DNA of 64,000 nucleotides from Gammaproteobacteria bacterium (GCA_965222615.1 CBDCUI010000008.1:800001-864000), one strand, 5' to 3'; positions 22,238 to 32,302 are shown, counted from the first letter of the stretch. Numbers and translations: made by a program. The notes: generated from the letters alone by a model not told the origin.

Positions 22238-22915
22238 TTATTCAGGAAGGCTGACTGCAAAATGTATCGCTTGTGCTCGATCTGATAAGCCTAATTTTTT
22301 CATTGAGCTTCGCATATGTACACGTACAGTACTCGGGCTAATTTCTAATGATTTGGCTATCTTAGAATCTGATAAGCCTTGACCTAATAGTTTGAAGACT
22401 TGGCGTTCACGAGCCGTGAGCTTTTCAATATTCAATGATTTTGAATTTAATAAAAGTTGCTTTGATTTCGATTTGATCAACTTATCTTTGTCTTCCTGTA
22501 ATTCTGTCTTTGATTCAGTTTGTATTAATATTTGACGTGGGAAGGACACATCACCTGCAAGTACACGAGAAAGAGATTCAACCATATCTGCGCCTTGAGC
22601 AGATTTAGGAATATAGCCAACTACACCATGTTTTATCGACTGAAGTACATAGTCTCTATCCTCATGAACTGAAATGACAACTATAGGAATGTTCGGGAAA
22701 AGCTGTCGTAATTTAATCAAACCAGCAAATTCATCAAAGCCAGGCATGATCAAATCAATGACCATTAAAGATATGTCAGGATTGTTATCTAGTATAGTTA
22801 CAGCGTCATCAAAGGCTGCAGCTTCATAAGGTTCGAATTTTTCATCAATTCTAAGCAGAACGTGCTTAATTGATTCTCTGACAATCCAATGGTCATCTGC
22901 TATGAGGATTTTCAT
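22238..22915 (-). CDS. NarL/LuxR-family response regulator
   Basis: ILIADDH, IDLIMPG, LTARERQVFKLLGQG...IAKSLEISPSTVRVH. Confidence 0.93.
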   Translation of the reverse strand: MKILIADDHWIVRESIKHVLLRIDEKFEPYEAAAFDDAVTILDNNPDISLMVIDLIMPGFDEFAGLIKLRQLFPNIPIVVISVHEDRDYVLQSIKHGVVGYIPKSAQGADMVESLSRVLAGDVSFPRQILIQTESKTELQEDKDKLIKSKSKQLLLNSKSLNIEKLTARERQVFKLLGQGLSDSKIAKSLEISPSTVRVHMRSSMKKLGLSDRAQAIHFAVSLPE

Positions 22916-23091
22916 TAGTTCAAATTATTAGTTGTAAATTATTCGGCATTACACAGTATTAGTTTGAGTGTGAATTACTTAGATATTAAAAAGTTCGGTC
23001 TCTTAAATATAGTTTCGGTATTTTTTTCATTTGGAATCTGAAAGAGAAAATAGTTAAAGACCTTATTGTGTAGATAGTACAGTTTTATTCT

Positions 23092-23280
23092 ATATAAACA
23101 AAATGTTTATATGTAATTTCATGGCTAAAAGCTTGTTATAGATAAACAATTTGTTTATAAACAATTCATAACTTACACAAACATATTGACTAGTCTGATT
23201 GCGATGATATAGTTATATTATTTACAAAACAATAATAAATAATTGGTACATGGGCATAGATTATAAACAATATGTTTATA
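23092..23280. promoter_or_regulatory. Three palindromic ATAAACA-N3-TGTTTAT sites in the divergent promoter
   Basis: Copies at 23094-23110, 23142-23158 and 23263-23279. Confidence 0.7.
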
Positions 23281-23458
23281 GTAAGTTTCCATTAATACAA
23301 TTTCATGATTGTTCCTGTTCACTAAATGCTGGATAGATGTTTAAACAAAACTCCCTGGACCGGTAAATACCACAAGTATGTAGACGTTCTATTGATAGGT
23401 AATTGACTATTCAAACTAATTAGGTTCAAGAAATGTTTGCACTTACGAGGAGAGAAAA

Positions 23459-24826
23459 ATGACTGATAAGAAAAAAAATGGCTTTGATGAAAATAAAGAA
23501 ATGAATAAAAACCAAAATACAAGACGTAATATTTTAAAAGGAGCAGCAGCTGTAGCAGCAGTATCTTCTCTTCCAGCACCCTGGGTAAGGCGAGTTAATG
23601 CATCTGATAAAATCCTTTTAGGGGTTCCTTCGTCATTATCTACACCATACGGTGTTGCAGATGACCAAGATCACCTCAATGGGACTATTCTTGCACAGGA
23701 AGAAATTAATGCTGCAGGAGGGATCCAAGGTAGAGAATTAGAGCTATTTGTACCTGATGTAGATAAATTAAACCCTGAGAGTTGTAGACAGACAATCGCG
23801 GCATGTATTGATAAGAAAGTACATGCGATATCTAATGCATTTTTATTTGCACCCATACCTGCTATGGACGAATCTGCGAAATATAAGTGCCCATACTTAC
23901 AAGGAAATACACAGCGTAATGCTACGGATGCATTCAAAGCTGAGCCAGAAAAATACAGTCATATTTTCCAAACGGATCCCTCTGAAGTTAATTATGGATG
24001 GACATACCCACTCTGGTTGACTCATATGGAAAAAGAGCAGGGATGGAAGCCAAAAAACCGAAGGATTCATATTGTTGCGGAACAAGTTGGCTATAATCAA
24101 ACTATCTTAGCCGCTGCAAAAGAATCTATTCCAAAATATGATTTTGAATTAGCTGAAGTAACGGATATTCAATATCCAGTGAATGATTGGGCGCCAGTCA
24201 TACAAAGACTAAAAGAAGTAGATGCTGGTGCAATTATGATTGATCACTGGGTGGCTTCTGAATATGCCGCATTTTGTAAACAATTTGTGGCAGATCCTGT
24301 GAAAGATTCGATTGTGTATCTTCAATACGGCCCTTCACAGCCTGAGTTTTTAGAACTTGGTGGCCGTGCTACAGAAGGATTTTGTTGGAGTACAGTTCTT
24401 GGAATTTATGGTGACAAACTAGGCCAAGACTTTAGAGCAAAGTATTTAAAACGTTTTCCTGAGTTTGGTGATACAAAACGCAATACCATGGGCCTTGTGT
24501 ATACGGGCAATGGTTACGACATTGTCAAGTATCTCGAAAAAGCTTGGAATGCTACAAAAGCGCTCGATACAACTCCGGAAGATTTCAAGAAAGTTTGTGA
24601 TTGGGTAAGAGCAAATCCTGATCGTGGTGTATGCGGCATGATGGACATGAACAATGAATATCAAGAAGCGCTGCACTATCCAGATAACGGATTTAATCTG
24701 CAAGCAGATTCCCACGAAACCGGTATGAGTCAACTGTATGTGCAAGTGCAAGATGTTCAGCATAAGATCATTTGGCCGGATGCAATCGCTGAGACTAAAT
24801 TACAACCTTCACCATGGTGGGGTTAA
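23459..24826 (+). CDS. Tat-exported amide/branched-chain amino acid ABC substrate-binding protein
   Basis: TRRNILKG twin-arginine signal; AQEEINAAGGIQGR. Confidence 0.88.
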   Translation: MTDKKKNGFDENKEMNKNQNTRRNILKGAAAVAAVSSLPAPWVRRVNASDKILLGVPSSLSTPYGVADDQDHLNGTILAQEEINAAGGIQGRELELFVPDVDKLNPESCRQTIAACIDKKVHAISNAFLFAPIPAMDESAKYKCPYLQGNTQRNATDAFKAEPEKYSHIFQTDPSEVNYGWTYPLWLTHMEKEQGWKPKNRRIHIVAEQVGYNQTILAAAKESIPKYDFELAEVTDIQYPVNDWAPVIQRLKEVDAGAIMIDHWVASEYAAFCKQFVADPVKDSIVYLQYGPSQPEFLELGGRATEGFCWSTVLGIYGDKLGQDFRAKYLKRFPEFGDTKRNTMGLVYTGNGYDIVKYLEKAWNATKALDTTPEDFKKVCDWVRANPDRGVCGMMDMNNEYQEALHYPDNGFNLQADSHETGMSQLYVQVQDVQHKIIWPDAIAETKLQPSPWWG

Positions 24827-24853
24827 TCTAAAGCAACGCTGGGGGTAGACATC

Positions 24854-25585
24854 ATGGATGATCATTCATCTGCCCCACTATTTTCATGTGAAAATTTGTC
24901 ACTCGATTTAGGTGGCAGAGAAATTCTACGTGATATTGATTTGGAAATATGTCCAGGTGAAGTACTGGGTATTATTGGGCCCAATGGTGCCGGGAAAACT
25001 AGTTTACTTGAAATTCTTTCAGGCCGTTACACGCCTAAAACTGGAAATGTTTTTTTCAAAGGAAAAAACATCACAAATTTACATTTGTATCAACGTGCAA
25101 GAATTGGAATTGGTAGAACATATCAAACTCCTGTTGTACCGGAAGACTTAACTGTTGGTGAGACTTTTAAAGCTGCACGACAAGCTTACAAACCTTATTT
25201 AACACGTTTTGATGCAGAGTATGCCGCTGATCTGGTCGACTTTGTTGTTGATCATGACGTTTTAAACACTCAGCTTAAAACCTTTAACCGGCGCAAATTA
25301 TTACTCGCCAATATTCTAATGAAAAAACCTGAGTTGCTATTGATGGATGAACCCGCTGCGGGCCTGATAAATTCCGAAATAGATGAGATTGACGAAATAC
25401 TTAGAATGTTATCTAAAGAAATGAATATCGCAGTAATGATTGTAGAACATAGGATTGAATTGCTGGATACGATTGCAGATAGAGTGATTGTAATGGATGC
25501 AGGTGAAATCATTGCAAGAGGTTATCTCAACGAAATAATAAATAGTCCTGCAGTTCGCGCTGCGTATTTTGAAACGGTTACTTAA
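24854..25585 (+). CDS. ABC ATP-binding protein (LivG-like)
   Basis: GPNGAGKT, RARIGIGRTYQ, LMDEPAAG, VEH. Confidence 0.9.
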   Translation: MDDHSSAPLFSCENLSLDLGGREILRDIDLEICPGEVLGIIGPNGAGKTSLLEILSGRYTPKTGNVFFKGKNITNLHLYQRARIGIGRTYQTPVVPEDLTVGETFKAARQAYKPYLTRFDAEYAADLVDFVVDHDVLNTQLKTFNRRKLLLANILMKKPELLLMDEPAAGLINSEIDEIDEILRMLSKEMNIAVMIVEHRIELLDTIADRVIVMDAGEIIARGYLNEIINSPAVRAAYFETVT

Positions 25586-25599
25586 TAACTTAATCATCT

Positions 25600-26307
25600 A
25601 TGAGTGAAATTTTAAATGTAAAAGGACTTTCTGCTGGATATGGACCCTTACGGGTAATTCATGATTTAGATTTAATCGTTAACTCAGGTGAGTGCATTGG
25701 ATTGGTTGGATTAAATGGCCATGGGAAAACAACATTATTTTATGCCGTTGCAGGTTTAACAGGATGGCAGCGTGGCTCAATTATATTTAATGGCAAACAA
25801 ATTGGGCGTACACGTAGTCAAGGGCCAGGTCGCTATACACATCTAATTGTTAGACAGGGCCTTGCCATTATGCCGCAAGGTGACGAGATATTTCACGGCT
25901 TAACTGTTGAAGAGCATCTCGATAGTGGTGCATTTACTAAAGAGGCATGGAAGACACGCAAGCAAAGGAAAGAGCAAGTACTAGATTTGTTTGAGCCTTT
26001 AAAAAATTTACTGAAAACTCCAGTAGCACGTTTATCGGGTGGGGAGCGAAGGATGGTTTCTATCGGGCGTGGACTGATGACAGATGCAAAACTTTATCTT
26101 GCCGATGAACCATCTTTGGGTTTAGCGCCGAAAATTGGAATCGGTGTAATGGAAGCATTATTAAAAATTGAATTAAGTGGATCTGCAATGATTATTGCGG
26201 AACAAAATGTAGCCCTATTAGAAGGAAAAGTCGATCGTGTAATCGGGATGCACGCAGGTAAATTAAAAGGTGAAGCCTCTTCCGCTTTATCAATGCATTT
26301 AAATTGA
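25600..26307 (+). CDS. ABC ATP-binding protein (LivF-like)
   Basis: GLNGHGKT, LSGGERRM, DEPSLGLAP, AEQN. Confidence 0.9.
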   Translation: MSEILNVKGLSAGYGPLRVIHDLDLIVNSGECIGLVGLNGHGKTTLFYAVAGLTGWQRGSIIFNGKQIGRTRSQGPGRYTHLIVRQGLAIMPQGDEIFHGLTVEEHLDSGAFTKEAWKTRKQRKEQVLDLFEPLKNLLKTPVARLSGGERRMVSIGRGLMTDAKLYLADEPSLGLAPKIGIGVMEALLKIELSGSAMIIAEQNVALLEGKVDRVIGMHAGKLKGEASSALSMHLN

Positions 26308-26316
26308 AAAGGACTG

Positions 26317-27201
26317 TTGTTGGATATTGACTTTATTATTATTAATGCAGTTGTAGTGGCATGTATCTACGGCCTTGTTGCAGTAGCTGTATCGATAACT
26401 TGGTCAAGTTTAGGATTATTAAATCTGGGTTACGGTTTTATATTTTCCTTTGCTGGATACGGTGCATACCTCATGTCGCGTATGATATGGGATCATCCAG
26501 TAGCGGTGCTAATTGCTGGTGTGCTGGTAGGTGCGCTAGGTGGAATTCTAATTTGTGCATTAGTCTTTATTCCACTGCACGATAAACCAAACTTTACGAT
26601 CAGAGGCATGGTAGGGACACTTGCGATTAGCTTAATTGGGTCGCAGTGTTTGCTTTGGTATTTTGGCCCTAAAAACAAAGCACTTCCTGAAATATTTGGT
26701 TATTGGAAAGTCTCTATTGGAGGTACAGTTTTAACGTCTGACAAAATTGGAATTGTCGTCTGTTCTATTTTAATGCTGATTTTTGTAGTGCGTTGGATGA
26801 AATCAAGTCGGCGTGGTCTAGAAATTAGAGCCATGATGATGAATCCACATGCTGCATCTATTGTTGGAATTGGGATAAGAAGAACAGGTTTTTATGTCAT
26901 GGCTATCACTGGTGCCATGGCAGGACTTTCCTCGGTATTACTTTCACAAACTTATTACATAGCACCTTTCAGTGGTCTTACCCCATTAATCAAAGGAGTG
27001 AGCATTGCCTTGATGGGGGGTTTAGGCAGTGTACAAGGCGCAGTAATTGCGGCAATTATTTTAGGTATTACAGAAGCTTTTACTTCAAGATTACTAGGAG
27101 GTCAGTATGTATTGATTACTCAGTTTTTAGTAATCATCACGGTTTTAATTATTAGGCCTAGAGGAATCGCCGGTATATTAGATAAAGCACGTGAACAATG
27201 A
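26317..27201 (+). CDS. ABC permease (LivH-like)
   Basis: Multiple TM segments; GGLGSVQGA; RPRGI. Confidence 0.9.
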   Translation: MLDIDFIIINAVVVACIYGLVAVAVSITWSSLGLLNLGYGFIFSFAGYGAYLMSRMIWDHPVAVLIAGVLVGALGGILICALVFIPLHDKPNFTIRGMVGTLAISLIGSQCLLWYFGPKNKALPEIFGYWKVSIGGTVLTSDKIGIVVCSILMLIFVVRWMKSSRRGLEIRAMMMNPHAASIVGIGIRRTGFYVMAITGAMAGLSSVLLSQTYYIAPFSGLTPLIKGVSIALMGGLGSVQGAVIAAIILGITEAFTSRLLGGQYVLITQFLVIITVLIIRPRGIAGILDKAREQ

Positions 27202-28853
27202 GCACCGCACCCGATAAACAATATACGTGGAAAAATCCGTTAGCGATTTGGGGCGCAAAGGGCGGTAATTATGAAGTCCCAACGATTCGTGTAACGGATC
27301 CAAAATCAATTTGGGAACAAAATACAGAGTATAAAGTTCCTCTATATAAAGTTGGTAGATTTAAATATATCCACAAATGGAAAAATCATGGTGGCCGTTT
27401 ATGGGAAAGATTACGGTGGTGGCCAACACGCAGAACCTTGCTACTGATTCGTGGTTACTACAATAAAAAATCTCTTAAAGCACAAAAATTAATTGTAGAT
27501 AAAAGGCCTATCTATTGGGCAATTTGTTTATTAGCTTTAGCAGTTGCCCCATTTTTTCTACCTGAAGGAGTTCAGAACACTTTATTAACTGCAGGGGCTA
27601 TTTTTGGAATATATGCTGCAATTAATATATGTTGGACTCTTGTTATTGGGACAGCCAGTATTTTCTCACTTGCTACCTATGCGATAGTGGGAGTAGCGGC
27701 ATTTTGTACTTCGTGGCTCTCGATTAAGTTAGGTTATCCTTGGTGGTCGTTGCCTTTAATTGGTATGGCGATTGGGTTTATTTTTGGCGGAATTATTGCA
27801 CTTCCTGCAATGCGTTTGGATGGGTTTTATTATGCACTACTAACCTTGGGCCTAAATGAGCTTTGTAGAGTATATGTAGTCACGTCTAAAGAATTTGGGT
27901 CTGCATCGGGAGGATTGTACGGCGCCTCATCTTATATTAATTCTGATTGGTCACCTCTTACACAATCTTTAGTTTCTTATTACGGTGCTTTTGCGTTGCT
28001 TATTGCGTCACTATTCCTGTTTAGGTTTATAGATGGAAAACGAATTGGAAGATTATTAAAAATGGCGCCTGAGAAAAGAGAAGCGTTTGCAGAGGCAACC
28101 GGAGTGAATTATAAGAATGCAAGAATAACTGTATTCTTAATTTCTTCAGTCGCTTTAGGATTTATTGGTGGTTTTTATACCGCGCACTATCGCGGTGTGG
28201 CATTTTCAATTTTCAGTTTTGACACCGTATTGCTGGGCCTGGCAATGCTTACTATTGGAGGCATTGGTAGAGCTGAAGGTGCAGTAGCAGGAACTTTGAT
28301 TGTCGTATTTTTAGATAAAGTTTTGATCACACTAGGTCCAATACGTCACATTATGATTGGGTTATTGATGTTATTTGTTGTTTTATTTTTGAACAGAGGC
28401 TTGTTCGGCATGAAAAAACAATTTCGTGCCTGGAGAGATAAAAAGAAAGGCGAATGGCGATCCAGTCGCACTGAAAAAGGTGGTGAAGCATTACCTGAAG
28501 AAGCTACTGAAATTCATGACAAAGATGTTTTATACCATCGGCGTTTTGACAAAATGCAACGAGATTATCTGAAGACACTAGTTTGTGATGAAGTGATTGA
28601 AGAACACAAAAATAAACCATTGGGACAACACAGTGAAGCACTTGAAAGACTATTGTTGTATTTTCGTCGTGTTCCACAAATTGATAAGTATGCAATTAAA
28701 CGAGATGAATACTCGAATACTTTTAAAATTGTTGCTTTTTCTGGTCATAGAGGCACATCACCACGATTAGTTGAAGATAAAGAGTATAAAACAGTAGAAG
28801 AAGCTTATCATGGAGTATTTTTAAGACGTGTTTATGATTTGCTTGAATCATAA
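27198..28853 (+). CDS. ABC permease (LivM-like) fused to a C-terminal DMFase small-subunit-like domain
   Basis: RLDGFYYALLTL and IGGIG permease motifs; the last ~110 aa align without gaps to 28875..29234. Confidence 0.88.
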   Translation: MSTAPDKQYTWKNPLAIWGAKGGNYEVPTIRVTDPKSIWEQNTEYKVPLYKVGRFKYIHKWKNHGGRLWERLRWWPTRRTLLLIRGYYNKKSLKAQKLIVDKRPIYWAICLLALAVAPFFLPEGVQNTLLTAGAIFGIYAAINICWTLVIGTASIFSLATYAIVGVAAFCTSWLSIKLGYPWWSLPLIGMAIGFIFGGIIALPAMRLDGFYYALLTLGLNELCRVYVVTSKEFGSASGGLYGASSYINSDWSPLTQSLVSYYGAFALLIASLFLFRFIDGKRIGRLLKMAPEKREAFAEATGVNYKNARITVFLISSVALGFIGGFYTAHYRGVAFSIFSFDTVLLGLAMLTIGGIGRAEGAVAGTLIVVFLDKVLITLGPIRHIMIGLLMLFVVLFLNRGLFGMKKQFRAWRDKKKGEWRSSRTEKGGEALPEEATEIHDKDVLYHRRFDKMQRDYLKTLVCDEVIEEHKNKPLGQHSEALERLLLYFRRVPQIDKYAIKRDEYSNTFKIVAFSGHRGTSPRLVEDKEYKTVEEAYHGVFLRRVYDLLES

Positions 28854-28874
28854 GAGTAATTTTGTATTTAGAAA

Positions 28875-29234
28875 ATGGACACTAAAAACAAAATAGAAAA
28901 TAAAGATCTAATATATCGCCAGTACTATGACAAGATGCAAGGTGATTATTTGAAGACGCTTATTTGTGATGAAATTATTGAAGAGTATAAAAATAACCCC
29001 TTGGGCCAACACAGTGAGCCACTTTCTAGATTATTACATTTTTTTAGTAGTGCTCCACAAAAAGATAAATATGCACTCAAGTATGATGAACACAATCACA
29101 CATATAAAATAATTGCATTGTCAGGTAAAAGAGGTGAGACTCCGCAATATGTTGAAGATAAAGAATATAAAAAGTTAGAAGATGCATATCACGGAGTATT
29201 CTTAAGACGTATTAATGACTTAATGAATTCATAA
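28875..29234 (+). CDS. dmfA1: N,N-dimethylformamidase small subunit family
   Basis: EEYKNNPLG...EDAYHGVFLRRINDL resembles DmfA1 (EEHAANPFG...EAMHAVFLRRIED, recalled); directly upstream of the large subunit. Confidence 0.78.
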   Translation: MDTKNKIENKDLIYRQYYDKMQGDYLKTLICDEIIEEYKNNPLGQHSEPLSRLLHFFSSAPQKDKYALKYDEHNHTYKIIALSGKRGETPQYVEDKEYKKLEDAYHGVFLRRINDLMNS

Positions 29235-29263
29235 TTACTGCTTAAAAACTTTGGAATAATGAA

Positions 29264-31585
29264 ATGGCAGAAGTAAAAATATTTGGATATACAAATAAAA
29301 TTTCAGTTAAACAAGGTGAAAGTATTAATTTTCACGTAAGTGCAGATGGTATTAATACAGCAAGTGCACAGCTTGTGCGGCTCATTCATGGTGATCAGCA
29401 TCCAGATGGGCCTGGATTTGTAGAAAAGGAAATCGATTGTCTATTAAATGGAGAATGGGAAGTTAAAAAGCAGTTTACTCAATTAGGATCTTATTTGGTT
29501 GTTGATGATGTCAGTCAAAAGTTAAATATAGACGGGAGTTTTACATTGTTCTGCTATATCTGGCCTAGCATTCCAAAAAAGGGTTTACGTCAAACTCTAT
29601 TAGGTAAATGGGATGCAAGAACTAATGAAGGTTATGGAATTGGAATTAGTCCTGAAGGGCATCTCGAATTTTGGGTGGGTGACGGCAAAGAAATAGATTA
29701 TCTAGCTTCTGAATTACCACTAGTAGATAAAGTTTGGTATTTCGTTGGTGCAAGTTTTGATCATCACACTAAAGTTGCAACATTATATCAAGAAGGAGTT
29801 TTAAATAGATATAACTCATTAATTGGGAAAGTCGCACCATATGACTTTCGCTCGCACATGCAAACCACTTTTAGGTTTAAGCAAAAAAACCGAGAGGATG
29901 TACCTTTTATGATAGCCGGTGCTCTGGATTTTCATGAGTTAAGAGGCAATTTTGTTAATGACACTTATTTTGGGAAGATCGATTGCCCGGGAATTTGTAA
30001 CCGCTCTTTATCGCGAAAAGAAATGGATGACATCTGTTCTGGAGAGCTCCCTCCGCAAGGTTCCATTTTAGCTTATTGGGATACCGCAGAAGGATATACA
30101 GAAAACGGAATTGGAAATACTGTTGTTGATATTGGTCCACATGGATTAAATGCCAATGGTGTAAATCATCCTATACGTTGCTTAACCGGGTGGAATTGGT
30201 CAGGGAAAAATGATTGCTTCAGGCTAGCACCAGAAGAATATGGAGGAATTGAATTTCATCCAGAATCAATAACAGATTGTAATTGGGAAGTTACCAAATC
30301 TATGCAAATTCCGGCAGATTTAAAAAGTGGCGTTTATGCAATGCGTTTGACTGCGGGTACTGGCGTAGGTTTAGCAGAAGAGCATGTAGTATTTTTTGTG
30401 CGTCCCTCACAGCCTACATGCAAGCTTTGTTTTCTTGTTCCTACAGCAAGTTATTTAGCCTATGCAAATGAAAAGTTAAGTTTTGATGCACAAATTATTC
30501 AGCCCATGACTGGACAGCCTCCCGTAATTACAGATGTTGATATAGAGATTTACAAGCATCGCGAATTTGGCTTGTCAACTTATGATAGTTACGAAGACGG
30601 TGCAGGTGTTTCATTTAGCTCTTATAAAAGGCCAATTGTAAACATGCGACCGAAATATCGTATATCAAGTATGAATATACCCTGGCAGCTTCCTGCTGAT
30701 CTTTCTATTATTGGTTGGTTAGAAGCGTGTAATTATGAATATGATGTTATAACTGATGAAGACTTACATCGTGAAGGTTTAAGTGCTATTCAACCTTATA
30801 ACTGTCTTATTACCGGCACTCACCCTGAATATGTATCTGAAAAAATGCTCGATGCACAAGAAGACTTCGTCGCACAAGGAGGCAGGCTTATTTACACAGG
30901 CGGTAATGGCTATTACTGGTGTGTAGGTTTTTATGATGATGAACCGTGGTGTATGGAAGTTCGCAAATTAGATTCTGGAATGCGTGCGTGGGCTGCTAAA
31001 GCAGGCGAACACTATCTACAAACTACAGGTGAGAAAAGTGGCTTATGGAGAAATCGAGGACGTGCACCACAAAAGTTAACCGGTGTTGGATTTATAGCTG
31101 AAGGATTTGAAACTTGTGCACCTTTTCGCAAAATGCCTGATAGCTATCATCGCACAGTATCTTGGATTTCAGAAGGAATAGAGGGAGAAATAATTGGTAA
31201 TGAAGGTTTAGCTTATGGTGGTGCTGCTGGGATTGAACTTGATCGCTATGATCTTTCATTGGGCACACCCCCTCACACTAAAATCATTGCGTCATCTGGT
31301 GGTCATAGTGATAACTATGTGCTAGTAACCGAAGAGCTTCTTTATGCCTACGCCGGATTGATAGGTAGTTTGGATTATCGAATACGTGCGGACATGACTT
31401 ACTTTACTGCACCAAATAATGGTGCAGTGTTTAGCACTGGTTCTATAGCATTTGGTTCAGCTTTACCCGTAAATAATTACAACAATAATGCTTCAACATT
31501 ATTTAAAACTATTGTAGATAATTTTATTAAAGATGGGAAACTCCCAGGAGCTAGTTGGACACTTGAGGAGAAACAGTGGAGATAA
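29264..31585 (+). CDS. dmfA2: N,N-dimethylformamidase large subunit family
   Basis: 773 aa; LVRLIHGD..PDGPG, SYLAYAN (Y400), GLSTYD (Y440), HPEY (H520/E522), GIELD (E658), GAVFSTGSI. Confidence 0.88.
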   Translation: MAEVKIFGYTNKISVKQGESINFHVSADGINTASAQLVRLIHGDQHPDGPGFVEKEIDCLLNGEWEVKKQFTQLGSYLVVDDVSQKLNIDGSFTLFCYIWPSIPKKGLRQTLLGKWDARTNEGYGIGISPEGHLEFWVGDGKEIDYLASELPLVDKVWYFVGASFDHHTKVATLYQEGVLNRYNSLIGKVAPYDFRSHMQTTFRFKQKNREDVPFMIAGALDFHELRGNFVNDTYFGKIDCPGICNRSLSRKEMDDICSGELPPQGSILAYWDTAEGYTENGIGNTVVDIGPHGLNANGVNHPIRCLTGWNWSGKNDCFRLAPEEYGGIEFHPESITDCNWEVTKSMQIPADLKSGVYAMRLTAGTGVGLAEEHVVFFVRPSQPTCKLCFLVPTASYLAYANEKLSFDAQIIQPMTGQPPVITDVDIEIYKHREFGLSTYDSYEDGAGVSFSSYKRPIVNMRPKYRISSMNIPWQLPADLSIIGWLEACNYEYDVITDEDLHREGLSAIQPYNCLITGTHPEYVSEKMLDAQEDFVAQGGRLIYTGGNGYYWCVGFYDDEPWCMEVRKLDSGMRAWAAKAGEHYLQTTGEKSGLWRNRGRAPQKLTGVGFIAEGFETCAPFRKMPDSYHRTVSWISEGIEGEIIGNEGLAYGGAAGIELDRYDLSLGTPPHTKIIASSGGHSDNYVLVTEELLYAYAGLIGSLDYRIRADMTYFTAPNNGAVFSTGSIAFGSALPVNNYNNNASTLFKTIVDNFIKDGKLPGASWTLEEKQWR

Positions 31586-31632
31586 ATTAGATTTACAAAC
31601 ATATTCAAATGAAATTTAAACTACATAGAGGT

Positions 31633-31676
31633 TTTTGACCCAATAGTCATAGGTTCGAATTCTATACAACCCACCA
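31633..31676 (+). repeat. Degenerate copy of the tRNA-Lys 3' half (att-like direct repeat)
   Basis: TTTTGACCCAATAGTCATAGGTTCGAATTCTATACAACCCACCA versus tRNA TTTTAACCGATTGGTCATAGGTTCGAATCCTATACGCCCCACCA. Confidence 0.8.
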
Positions 31677-31686
31677 CACGTGTGGT

Positions 31687-31787
31687 GGGTATTATGCGCA
31701 AATTATATAGTCGCGTTAGCTACACATGTTATTCATTTATGGTGTGCGACCACCGCACGCAAATTAATAATGACACAGTTATTCCTA
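31687..31787. repeat. Partial copies of the 132-bp tRNA-linked repeat
   Basis: GGGTATTATGCGCAAATT (cf. 18453) and CACGCAAATTAATAATGACACAGTTATTCCTA (cf. 18328 and 18593). Confidence 0.7.
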
Positions 31788-32252
31788 TTATTGATTTATT
31801 GCGTATGTTTGTTTTACAAACTCCTTTGTAAATAACCCAGTTACAAGCTGCAAGAACTCTATGTCACATTCTGAATTTGCTGCTCGAATAATGTCTTTGA
31901 AATCAGGGTTTTCGGTTTTACTTTGCTCATAAAACCTATGCAAAGACATTTTTGCATTTGAAAGCAATCGTTGGATTGTTTCTTGGTTTGTTTTTTCGTT
32001 TGTAGTTTTATCCTGTTCATTCAAGTGCCGAACAAGTCCTGTTATTAATAGATTATCGATTAGAGTTTGGTCCAGGCCCGGATGTGACAACGCTTCTGCG
32101 CATGCGAGTGCAGCTGTCGCTGTATCGCGCGTGTAGGCAATGGATGTGTAACCTTTAGGAGTTAAAGAATCCGTGACGTTACTTTTTATACGCTGTTTAA
32201 ACGGAATCCAATTTAAAATAGAGAGATTGAGTGACATTGTATCATCTTCCAT
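31788..32252 (-). CDS. Hypothetical protein, paralog of 42500..42970
   Basis: Shared NW.PFK, LID.LL and ECDIEFL motifs; start may be 32237. Confidence 0.75.
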   Translation of the reverse strand: MEDDTMSLNLSILNWIPFKQRIKSNVTDSLTPKGYTSIAYTRDTATAALACAEALSHPGLDQTLIDNLLITGLVRHLNEQDKTTNEKTNQETIQRLLSNAKMSLHRFYEQSKTENPDFKDIIRAANSECDIEFLQLVTGLFTKEFVKQTYAINQ

Positions 32253-32302
32253 GTTTCAGATTATTAAATGCGTTGATTTGGCTCTGAAGCGAAAGGACGA
32301 TC

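Noticed and set aside
31633-31676. Second functional tRNA-Lys
   Set aside because: No 5' half or D-arm, and the stems are mismatched.
18121-31787. Active prophage or ICE
   Set aside because: No integrase, phage or conjugation genes.
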